Shown here piece by piece: positions 32,709 through 44,015 of a DNA stretch of 64,000 bases. A program made the translations under genes and the position numbers. This DNA comes from Lama guanicoe (lineage: Eukaryota), in the NCBI GenBank assembly GCA_013239625.1, contig MU057073.1, positions 1,411,426 to 1,475,425 on the forward strand, read 5' to 3'. Every line of letters starts with the position of its first letter. Position 1 is the stretch's first letter. A model generated the notes under the pieces. That model was given only the letters and a program-made list of their open reading frames with translations. It did not search any database and was not told the DNA's origin.

Positions 32709-34129
32709 CGTGGGGACTACAGATGACCAGCCACATCCCAAGAAAACCTACCAGCCCACTCAGCGTGCCCATCACCGCGTTAGGGTCTCGTCATCCCACG
32801 CCACCCCACCTGGGGGCTGCTCCTCCCTCTGGTTTCGAGATGCGCCCGGCTCTTAGGCCACGAACCCATGCCCCCACTGCTGCGCTGGCTGCTCTGGTGT
32901 CTCCACAATGAGTTCCTGGAACATCCAGCCTCTCAAAAGAGCAGTTTTCTCCATCCTGTGCCTGGGATTGGGGCCCACAGCCTTCTCGGGCCCACGTCCC
33001 TGCCCAACAAGCTCTCCACCTCGCCCCCACAGGCTCCTCCCTTCTTCCCGGCTGGTGCCTCTGTCCAAAAGCTCCCAACACCAACACCTTGGGCCACAGT
33101 GGGCCAAGGTCAGATGCGCCCCCACTGACATCCTCACCCCCTTGTCGGGGTGTAGCTCCTGGCCCCCAGCACACATCCCATGGCCAAACTTTGGTTTGGC
33201 ACAGGGTGGAGAGAACACACCTGCAGGATGCAGGGTCCAGGGGAGGAGATGGGGGTGGGGTAAAGCTGTTACTTCTGCGTTTGCCTCTGCCACCAGCCAC
33301 ACCTGGAGGAAGGAGGAAGGTGGCTTGGCCCACCTGCTAGGAAACCCGTTCTGGGCGAACGAGAACCTTATTCTGAAAAGAGCACATCCCGGTGTCTCCT
33401 CAGTGCCTCCTCCAAGCCTGGCCTTAGTGGCTAAGACAGCCATCAGCCCTGGCCTGGGGGGCGTCCATGCCAACAAGGCCACCTGCAGAGACCAGCACCC
33501 CTACCTGGCCAGGGGCTTACTGCATAGGAAGCCAGATCTCCTGTCAGCACAGGGTCCAGCCACATCTGGCTACAAACTCCAGAATCTGAGCATCTGCTCT
33601 TGGAAACGTGAGGCTCAGAGATCACAGAGGGACATGACTGCCCAGGGCAGGCAGGGCTGCGTCCGTTTTCACCCCGACCATCGCCATGTCTGCACATCTC
33701 CACCTGTCGCCCGGCCCAGAGCAGGCCCTGGACAGATAAACATGTGAAGTGAAGGTGCCTGCTCTCTGCAGGCGCTGCCCCAAATACATCATCAAGGTGG
33801 ACACCTGTCCTCGTCAACAGCCCTTGGAGATGGCACTGTTACTACGGCTCTCAGCCTTGACCTGGCCGTCCTCCCGCAGCCCCTAAGCCGGTGATGACCC
33901 CAGATCACCCAGGGCCAGCGCTGGAGGTGGGGCTGTAAATCCCTGTCACCGGGCAGACTGCACATTTTTCTAGGGCACGATGATCCATTTACAACTTCCA
34001 TTGTGTTTCCAGAGTAGTCTGTGGCCCTAAAAAGATTGAGTGGCTAGTTCTTAAATAGGAAAAAGTTCTTTGAGGGTTGGAGTTTTACAAAGAGCCTTTT
34101 TGCAAAAGTACAGGGACATTACAACAAGA

Positions 34130-34145
34130 AATAAAACACTTTATT
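34130..34145. terminator. Back-to-back poly(A) signals: AATAAA (+, XRCC3) 34130-34135 and AATAAA (-, KLC1) 34140-34145
   Basis: AATAAAacacTTTATT. The plus-strand hexamer is the first canonical one I saw after the XRCC3 stop; extra ATTAAA (+) at 34152-34157. Confidence 0.7.
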
Positions 34146-36931
34146 TTTGTAATTAAATACAAACAGTCCTGAATGATTTCCTAGGCAAGTCACACCAACA
34201 ACGAGAAAAGAAAACTATGGCTCCCAGACAGAAGGTCCATTCAGCGGCCGACCCGCGCCCCAGCCCAGCAGGAGCCCGCCCGCACTCAGCCCGCATCCGG
34301 CTGCCGGCGTTCCCGGGAGCCCACCCACCACAGGCCACGGGACCCGGGCTGTGCGGCTTTCTGTGTTTCAGGAACACCAACAACCCCCTCCACCAGGGCA
34401 CCCCGGGGACAGTCCAGGGGGCCTCACAGACCTGTGACCAGCCCCCCGACACCCCGCAGCACTGGGGAACCAACTCAAGATGGAGTTTGTGTCTATGTAA
34501 CGGCCCAGTTCCACGGAGGCCGCGTCTGCAGGACTACACTCACCCAGCTGGTCTGAACGTCACCTCTGTTGACGCTATCAAGTGTCGCCTTAAGTTTCCA
34601 GAAGCCCCGTGAGTGTGCGGTTCACTGCCCCAAAAAGTGCAAATATAAACAGAAGTCACCTCATATCTATGTGACATGTCTTCTCCAAGAACATTCTAGA
34701 AAGCTGTGACAGCGAGAGGGCCAGTCCACTGCAGACCAACCCACGCATCCTTGGCAGCATTTGCACTTTATAACGTGACTTCTAATTCCATGACATTCTT
34801 AGCAGCAAGTAACAGTTTTTTAAGTTCCAGAAAATAACTCTGTACCTGTCCAACGTCGTAAACACACAGCCCGAGTGCTCTGTCCCCCGGGCCCTCCTGC
34901 TTGCACTCGGGGAGGCAGGGCCTGCAGGCCCCGCCAGCTCTCCACCTCTGTCATCTTCCCAGGGGAGTCTGTCTAACCCGAGAGAAACAATGCAGACTCG
35001 GGCACTGGCTCCCTCACCACGAAAGGAAAACACAGAAGGGACGGCTGGACCCCCCCTCCCCCAAAACGTGAAAATCCTGACCACCAGACTTGAAGCAGGT
35101 TATAGCCTGGCTTTTCTCTATTTTGAGTTCAAAAATCAAACTGCAGCTTCCCACGTAACACCCTCTCTGAACCGTGAAGGTTCTGCCGACCCGACTTCAC
35201 TGGGTTTCTTCCCCCAAGCACCGTCTGCACACAGCCACGCAAAGGCGACCACCGCCCTCAGCAGAAACCGGGGCCAGCGGGCGCAAGGCCGGGTCAGGTT
35301 CAACCAAGGCCCCTGCAGAGATGGTCTCTTTCCACCAACTGGGAACTTAAAATGAAATTCTGTTCTCACCCCTACATTTACTCTCTCTAAACACCCTTTG
35401 TTTTTCCAGCAAGAACTGTCCCCAAGGGAAACTGAGTGGGCTCCAAACTGGGCCAGCTCTGGCTGGGGAGAGACCTCAAATGGCTCGCGAGGAGGCGGGA
35501 CAGCTCCCTGGCCCCCTCTCCCGGCTACAATGTGACACACAGACCTGGTGCCCTGCCCTGCACCCGGGCCTGGCCACATGGCCCTGCTGCACCTCAGAGC
35601 AGACCTGAACGAACGAGCCGGTGCCCAGTCCACATGAGGACAGCTCCGCTTCCTGCCTTTCCCCAGGGGTTATCACAACCCATCAAATGTTCTTAAACAC
35701 CTCCAGAGAACATTTAGAAAGTCAGGCCCTGATCCGCCAGAGGCTGCCAAGCGTAAGTGGAGTCAGAGTGGAGGAAAAGGAGCGCGGCCAGAGGAGGCAG
35801 GCCGTGGGAGCCACACACGCACCGGAACCACATGTGGGGGGCCCTGCACACGTCACAAACAAGCACATGTGCCCTCTGCCACGAGGTGACCCAGCATTAA
35901 ACAAGTCTCAGCCTCACTGTTAACAACACCCTCAGCCCCAAGGACACAGGCAGTCCAAGGGCGCCCCTAGAGTGAGTCCCGGGGAGCACGCTCCCCAGCC
36001 CAGTGCGTTCGTGAGGGAAAGGTGGCCTTTGCTGTGACAGCACCTCTGCGCAAACACTAAAATAAGATCACCCTGGCAGCATTTCAGAAGGATACTCACA
36101 GCTTTCCAGACCCTCTTTCAAACCCAGACAGAGTGAATGTGGCTTTCTCAAGGTCAGCGTGGCTCTGCCCTGTGCACACGTGACATCGGGAATTACACTT
36201 CGGCATCTGTCAGGTAATTTCCCAACCTGCCAGCGAATCTTACACATTCCCTTAAGGAATAATGCCTCAGGGTTGATGAGAACAGTCCTGTCAGAACCCA
36301 CCCTGTGTTACTTAACCCTACAAAGAAAAGCTTTTTAAGAAGCAAGCATGCATCTCCATGTGCTCCCCCCAACCCTGCAGTGTGCAGGGGCCAGGTGGGT
36401 GCCCAGAGTGTGTGGGGCGGGGGCGGCGGGAGCCCCACAAGCCCCACACCGCAGCACTGGGCTGAGCAGCAGACCCGGGAGGGATGAAGGCCTTCCCGCC
36501 AGCCTCTCGTGTCTCCCATATTCCTCTAAATCCCAGGCATCACTGCCAAGGGCTGTTAGATTCTTATTCTCAAAGGATGCAGTTTAAAGCTCCAATCTTA
36601 ATGTACAGCCTTAATACAGTATCACAATTTAAAGCAGATTTTGGTGCTGTGGCAAGTGTCCGTGAGCAGCGGCCGAATTCCGAGCGTGCTGCAGCCGGCT
36701 GCCGCGCCTGGCCAGGGTCACCGTCATGTTTCGGCAGCTCTCCGTCACTAGAACTGCAGGCCACCGAACACAGTTCGGGGCAGACATCCTGAGGCTGGTG
36801 GAGGTCAGTCACCACCCAGGAAAGGAAGCGCCCCTGGGGCCTTCCATGCAGAGAGGGGAGGGGACTGGCAAGCTGGGAGGGTCTGTCTGCTCCGTGAGCC
36901 CCAGGGGCTCAGTCTAGCTCTGCCTTGGCCC

Positions 36932-36997
36932 TCAGTGGGCCAGGTCAGTGCGGCTGGCACTCAGAGCTCGCCAGTCTGCCACACAATGATTTCGTTC
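36932..36997 (-). CDS. KLC1: KLC1 alternative terminal coding exon ERNHCVADWRALSASRTDLAH*
   Basis: Acceptor tttgttttttcacacag, phase 0, 22 codons. Matches the recalled human tail ERNNCLADSRALSASHTDLAH. Confidence 0.9.
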   Translation of the reverse strand, partial: ERNHCVADWRALSASRTDLAH

Positions 36998-38044
36998 CTG
37001 TGTGAAAAAACAAATGGAAAAATTATTGTCAACCAGTACTAAACATGCCAGCTTCCAGTGGTCTCAGCGCTAAGAACCATGGCTGCAGACTCAAGTCAGC
37101 ATGAGAGTCCTGATGCTCTCATGTGCGTGTGCAAGGACCGAGAAATGGGGTCAGAGGACCATGTCAACCCCAGACCTTTCAAAAACAAAAACAGCTTCTT
37201 TCACCCGCATTAGCAAATAAACTTAAAGCTAACTACCCAGCATCTTGTAACCTCTAACTGGAGGCCCCGGGGACAGTCACGTCCCAAGGGGGCCAAGGGG
37301 GGAGGGGAGGTCAGCACAAGTGCCAGGCCCACTCCAGTCCACGAACCCCAACACCGCACCAGTGGGACTGGGGCACCTGGGAAAGCTGCAGGCTCGAGGG
37401 TGAGTGAGCAGGAAGCCCAAGCACATGGACCAGCAGACATGTCAAGTCACAGGAGGCTCCTTCCCATCAGCTCGGGCAGCCTGGTCTGCCCAGCCTAGCT
37501 GAGAAGCGGGGCCAGGTTCTTGAGTCTGGAAGCCTGGCTAAACCCCAAGTCACACATACAGAATAAAAAGGCCATTTTTGATGGGGAAGTGAATGCCACC
37601 AGTTTTAAAGGCGAAGATGCGAGACTTGGATAGGTGACAAAGTGCTAAAGATTGCCGTCACACTGACAGCATGTCTGGCCTTCTGTCAGTAAAGTTCCGA
37701 ATGGCTTTAAAACACTTCAACAACAGCCCAGCTAGCCATTGTATTAGTTATAAACTTATTAGCAGCTAAAATCATATAAACAAATAATACAAATTAATAA
37801 CTGGTCAAGTTTTGATATTATTTTATCAGAACGCTTCATTTTTAATAAAGTTAAAGTATTTTTAAAGACCATTATTAATATACTGAGAATGTTCATAGTG
37901 CAAACATTTGCATAATTCAGACAGTTAATGGAGAATACAGAAGTGTCATCATGACGTGGCTCTAGTGAAGCGGCCATGGTGCCAAGGAAGGGCCCAGCTG
38001 ACCTGGTCCCGGAAGCAAGGGTGTGGGCGGGGCCGGCTCCTTAC

Positions 38045-38111
38045 TTGGAAGTGGTCTTCGGCTGCCTTGCCACCCACGTTAAGGACACTCAGAGAGCTGG
38101 CGCGCTTCATG
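38045..38111 (-). CDS. KLC1: KLC1 alternative exon MKRASSLSVLNVGGKAAEDHFQ
   Basis: gttgcag acceptor, GTAAGG donor, phase 2 to 0. MKRASS is a KLC tail motif. Confidence 0.93.
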
Positions 38112-39609
38112 CTGCAACCGGACGGTGGACATGCAAGGACAGGCCGTCAGCACACAGTCAACCAGGAGTGGGAAGCAGAGCAAAGCCGTCCCTCAAAGGC
38201 CTGTCACCACAGGGGGCCTGAGTGTCCCTGGCGGAGCGCGGGCCTTATCTCCCTCGGGCTAGGCTGTCCACCCAGTTCTCAACACGGACACCCAGGTCCA
38301 ACTGTATTTAGCACCCGGTAGAAAAAGGTGCAGTTTCTCTGCGTCTTCCTCAGCAAAATGTTTGTCCTAAAGAACCACATGTAAACCCCAAGTGTTACTA
38401 CAGCTTCACTTTGTACAGCCTGGCTGCTCTAGGAGCCGAGAGGCTCTGCGGATGCAGCGTACTGACTCAGCCTCGCGAGGGGCTCCAGGAACTGGACCAG
38501 CCAGGTGTCTCATCACCTCCGTGACTGCACTGCACAGTGACCCTAGGCTCACAATTAAGAGCAAATCATAGATATAGTCTATATTTTATGTTTTTGAATA
38601 TTAAAACTAGGGAAACATTTTTTATTTGTAAAATAAACTGAGGCTAATATTTCTCTGCTTAGAAACCAAAATTTAAAACAAATTTCATAGTTTTAAAGAA
38701 ATACTGTGATCTACACATATATTTATTTTTTTCTCCCATTTGACACCTTTAAAATAATGAAATAAGCTACAGATTACCTATAACCTAAACCTGAATTATG
38801 CATATCCTAAAATTACCTTACTGCCACCACAGATGACCTCCAACACAAGTCACCTTAGCTTTTAAGGCTAAAAATAACCGATGTGAAGGATTATTTGTAA
38901 ATGTTTACAGCAGAATCTGTGATTCTGAACTTGAACTACTAGGGCACAAGCAGGGACCACTGTTACTCATTCTGCCAGCTGGGCCCAGCTGCAAGGCCGG
39001 GGCCGGGGCCCGGGCCCGAGACGCACACAAGGCGGCTCTGGCCGCAGGGAGGGAAGGCCGGGCCCAAGCCCGCACGTCGGCCGGCACACGGGCACAGCAC
39101 CAGGCAAGGGGTGGACACCTACTGAGCTCCCCCTGAGCGACCGACCCCCAAAACAAAGATCTCGATCTACTTACTCCCAAGTGGAATGACTCCCTTCCCC
39201 AACCAGGGCAAAACGAGAGCGCCCCATGCACCCCACACAGCGCACTGGGCCCCAGCAGGCTCCTCCCGATCCGGAACCCCTCAGAAACAGAGGACAAAAC
39301 TGAACCACATCACAGGTGAAGTACAGTCTGGCATATTTAATTATTCAATTAACTGGCCAGGTAACTTCTTCTAAGGAAGCTACACAACCCTTGTCCTCAA
39401 ACTCCCTTTTCCCTACAAGATGAAAGAACAATCCACCCCGTCAACACCGCTTCCAAATCAGAGCCACATTTTTCCACTCACACCTGTGTGGAGCCCACTG
39501 ACTCCACGGAGTCTGGGAGCTGCCGGCGGCTCTGGGAGCTGCCAGCAGCACTGCTGGCCTTGCTAGAACTCGCTAGAAAGGCAAACTCACCCCCCGCAGA
39601 CCCCGGCAC

Positions 39610-39690
39610 CAGAGAATCTGGGTGGGGCCGCACAGTCTGTCACAAACCCTCTGGCAGGTGCTGAAGAATGCTCAAGTTTGAGAGCGATTT
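39610..39690. mobile_element. MER5-like hAT DNA transposon fragment
   Basis: agaatctgggtggggcc...aggtgctgaagaatgctcaagtttgagagc resembles a MER5A end. Confidence 0.5.
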
Positions 39691-41601
39691 TTAATTTTAA
39701 AAATGTTACTCTTACCTGGAAAGATGACTCTGTTTATGCATTGTATGAGATACAATTTCTAAATTATTTAGTTTTCCAAAAAGTTCAGTAAGGTATCATC
39801 CAAATATCGTCCATGAAGAACGTTAGTATATGCAAGCGCGGGTCTATTTCACACCAGGTCTGGCCAGCAAAGTCTTAGTGCTGTGAACGTGCCACACTGG
39901 GGAGTGTTCACACAGTTACATCACGTACAGACAGGAAGACATGGAAGAAACAGAAACTGTGAGCTCTGTCACATGGGAAGGCAGGTCCCACGTCATGGGG
40001 CTCAGTGCCAGAATCGGAGTTTGCATTTGAAAAGCAAAGCTTTCCAACACCGGAACCTCGAATGAGCAGCGCGTCCGCCCCATAGGGGTGAGTGATGGCC
40101 GGTACAGACTGACCACACGCCCTGTTCAGATGCCCAGAATGCTGAGAGAAAGTTTGCTCTTTCCAAACTTAGAGCGCCAGACAGTACACTATCATTTTAG
40201 TCCTGGGAACTTGTAAACACTTTAAAGCCGGAGTCACCTGAGAGCCTCCTTCCCTCAGGACGCGTTCACCTGTCTCTCAGGCAGGACAGCACCCTGCGCT
40301 GGGCCTCACGTGCTGCAAATGCAGCGTCTTCCAGGGCCTCACAGCCAACAGCTGCAGAGCTTACAAAGCATCTTCTGCACAAACGGGGCTGGAGACACCC
40401 CTGAGAAGCAGGGCAGTGGCCACCCATAAAAATCAAGTCGTTCCTCTTGCCTGAGAAGCCATCAATCAGGAAACATGTTCATCCAACACAGAGAGCCACC
40501 CAGGGCACAGAGATGGGAGCAGGCCTGGCCTCTGCCCCTGCAGGGAGCTGGCCCAGGGGCACCGGCTAACACCGCAGGGCTCAGGGGCCAGACCCTACCC
40601 GACATCAAGAGGGCTGGGACTGGACATGCCTTGAAAACAGCAGAGGACACAACTGAAAAGGCACACAGCTTTAATGCTACCGAAGTGCCGCCCAGAGCTC
40701 AGTCTCACAGTCCTCGGACGTTAGACATTAGAATTCTTCCAGAACTTAGAGTGAGATAGCTTTTAAAGTAGAGTTATACCAGGAATCAATCTTTACAAAG
40801 GAGGTGCTGTTTTAGGGAGGTAGAGCTTCACAGAACAGCTGACAAAGCAGTGCTTCTGTGAGAAGTGCATCCAAAACCAGGAAGCCATTTTCACCAGAAA
40901 CAACTCAGAAACCAGAGCAGTTTGTTAGCACCCTAACAGAAAAGCAGTGAGCCCTGCCTCTGATGCAGCTTAGAAAAAACAGAGTATCTCAGAACCAAAT
41001 TCCTTTAACAGCCTAAATGTTACTGTTCAAAAGACCCTAAAAGACTCATGACTGAAACCTTTGTTTAACACATGCTAAAGCTAAGGTCTTTTAGAGTCTC
41101 CTGAAGAAACCTGCTACAATGGACGTCTCGACGTTGTAATCCTTCTATTTAGAACCGCTTTTCTTCCTGTAGTTAATACCTATGTGATAAGATTTAGTAT
41201 AATCATAGCTAGCACTTGATTTTAAAAGAACAAAATTTTAAAGGATTTAAACGAATGCTAACTTAGTAAATAAATAATGCCTGTTTAGAGTAAACACGTT
41301 AATATGCCCGGTGTTTTAATATTAAGCTTCGACTTTTCACTGCTAAGGCTTTCTCTGCAACGTAACGGAATCAAAGAGCTCCGCAAGCTTCTTTCAAAGG
41401 CATTGGCCCTTTTTGCCTCTAAGAGGAAGTTTCACAATTGTTTCTCAACCTGTCCTGGGAAAAGACTGGACTGAAACTACTAAACCCTTCCATTGCTAAA
41501 ATACGGGCAGCGAGTTGGCGTGTTTTTTCTGAAGCTCTGGAGCAGAGGTGGCCGTGAGGCGGGGCGGGTCGGCGGGGAGGGGGCGGGGCTGGAGATAGTT
41601 A

Positions 41602-41760
<159 letters not shown>

Positions 41761-41855
41761 CTACAGATGTTTCCCCCCCCAGCCCCCAAGAGGCAAAGCT
41801 GAGTGCAAACAAGATTTCACATTGTGGCTTATCTGCTAGTCTGTGACTTGCTGGT

Positions 41856-41921
41856 AATGTGCAGTCCCTGTCAAATTAGCCGTGACATTTTCGACAGAAC
41901 TAGAACAAATAATCCTAAAAT
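41856..41921 (+). mobile_element. Isolated ~66-bp internal L1 ORF2 fragment
   Basis: Encodes (V)TFSTELEQIILKF, similar to L1 ORF2 TFFTELEKTILKF. Flanked by ttgctggt direct repeats. Confidence 0.7.
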
Positions 41922-42649
41922 TTGCTGGTTGTATGATTTCTACGGAAATTACCAATTTGCCATTATATAAATACACTTCAAAAAGAAATCTATCCATCTT
42001 AAATTTCATTCAAGACAATCCAATGATCATGAAAACTTTTGAACATGAAGCTCATTCAAACAAAAGTAATAAGACCCTCAAAGGAAAGTTAACCATATTA
42101 TTGTTGTTTTGAAAGAAAAGATACACAAAATGTCTCAAGAAAATTAAGCAGTTTCTAGGAATATCACCAAAATCAAATTCCATGTTTAATAAATGCAGGA
42201 GCATCTGGTCCATATAGCTGAACGGGACCCAAAACATTTACATCTGACACAGGCAACTTCCTCTTAATAACTTCCTCTAAATGCAACAGATGTACAGTTT
42301 CTTCAGTAAGTTTTAGAGGACAGTTTTATTAAATGTGGATTATAAATGTGGTTGGAAGTTTAAATAAAATGCTCATTCTGTGCCAATAACCAAAACCCCT
42401 CAGACATCTTGCAGGAAGCACAAGGAGTGCCCAGCTTTCATCACAGCTGATTCAGACATAAGTGAGACACTCAGCAGTATCTGGATGTGAAAATCAAAAC
42501 ACAGAGTGAAAAAATGTGTACACAGCAACTTTTATTCTCAGAATGAATCTTAGTAAGATTAACAGGAGCCCCATTCCTTCTAGAAGCCAGAGCAATGCTG
42601 CATTCCATGGAAAGAGTGAGGAATTCTACCAAGCAGACAGACACCGAGA

Positions 42650-43224
42650 CACAGGTCAGTTGGAGTGAGTTTATTAGAAGTTAGAAAGACACAAATACAC
42701 AAATCACTGAACACTTAAAGATTAGTAGAGAAAAGCAGAGTTGCCAAAATTCCACACAGAGACTACACAGCCAGTTCTACTTGAGCATGATCCGAAGGGG
42801 CAGGCCCGGAGCCGGGCCAGGTCCCCAGGACGGGAGCAGCACATGCCCTGGGCTCACAGCCGAGCCGGCGTCACGTCACCATCATGCCACTGCGGTAACA
42901 CCGGGGGAGACCTCTAACTACCTTCTATCAAAGTGAACAGCTATCCTCTTAGGTTTTAAACTCACGTAGTACACGGTGAATGGATTTCATTAATACAGCT
43001 TGTATTACTAAGTACATGTCTGGCAAAGCTACATGTTTACAGAGATAAGGGACCCCCCAAAAGAACAGCAGCACCGAAAGGAGCAGCCAGTCACAGAGGC
43101 GCAGCTCTGACAAGAATCCTAGGGGACTGCTAGACACAGCGGTCAGCACTGGAGAGAGGAGAGAAGCTGGAGGCGGTGCCACCCTCATGCAGGAGACAGT
43201 GAGTGTCACACAAGGCGGCTAGGC
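42650..43224 (-). other. KLC1: KLC1 proximal terminal exon (starts GCC TAG = A*; 3' UTR with AATAAA at 42670-42675)
   Basis: Long polypyrimidine tract tctctctctccgtttctgtctgacag|GCCTAG. 3' end approximate. Confidence 0.8.
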
Positions 43225-43889
43225 CTGTCAGACAGAAACGGAGAGAGAGAGCCCAGGTGAGACTTGGGAGGCAAGAGTCAGTTTCCCACTTAGCACAGCT
43301 AGGCTTACAGTATTTCTAGGTCACAAAACCTCAGCAGCATTGTAAATTCTTTAGTATTTGGAACTATCTTCTGCTTGCTTCTGTCAGCCCAGGATAAAAC
43401 AGGGACTGGGCCTCGTGTTACCTTTTACACTGTCTAGACTAGCCACTCCTCACCACCCTCAAGATAAAATGCAGCGTGTTTGGAGCACAGACTAGCACTG
43501 TGCCGGAAGCCTCCTCAATGCGAGGACAAAAGGGCTTCAAGTGACTGTATGTAAAAGAGATTCTGCAACGAGAACCAACCCTAGTGACCAACAGACAGAC
43601 TGCCATGCACGGGAGGCGTGCGCTCACTCAATCTGTCACTGAATCAGAGGCCCTTCTAGACCCCTGAACTATCAGCTTCTCTCTGAAAAGCACTGACGTG
43701 GTAGATGTTTCAGAAATTGTAGGAACCGCTGACTGTAAAAGTCTACAGCACATTTTTAACATGCAGTTGATAATCCAAAGCAAAATTAACTAGAAAAGGC
43801 ATCCACAGCAGCAGCGCATCTGGGTCCTGGCAGACGGGAAAGCCGACGGCCTCGCCCAGAAGCCCCGCGCGGCGGGGACCTGAGCCGCC

Positions 43890-44015
43890 CGCGCTGACTC
43901 ACCATGCGACGCTGAGCAAGTCATTTAACCAGCCCGAGCTTCATCTTTCTCATCTTTAAAATGGAAAAATAAAACTTGTTACCAACTCCCCACGAGTGCC
44001 GGGAGGACAAGAAAA
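43890..44015 (+). mobile_element. MIR SINE hosting the KLC1 MRKMK exon
   Basis: gcaagtcatttaacc...gcttcatctttctcatctttaaaatggaaaaataa aligns with the MIR core gcaagttacttaacc...gcctcagtttcctcatctgtaaaatggggataata. Confidence 0.8.
43903..43953 (-). CDS. KLC1: KLC1 alternative exon MRKMKLGLVK* (CDS 43953-43921)
   Basis: ttttaaag acceptor, GTGAGT donor. Matches the recalled KLC1 tail MRKMKLGLVN. Confidence 0.9.

Noticed and set aside
32908-33747. 279-aa ATG ORF in the XRCC3 3' UTR
   Set aside because: No domain similarity seen, overlapped by comparably long antisense ORFs in GC-rich DNA; it would need PhyloCSF or Ribo-seq support.
39513-39550. 19-bp tandem duplication ctgggagctgcc(g/a)gc(g/a)gc
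   Set aside because: Only two imperfect copies in an intron; ordinary slippage.
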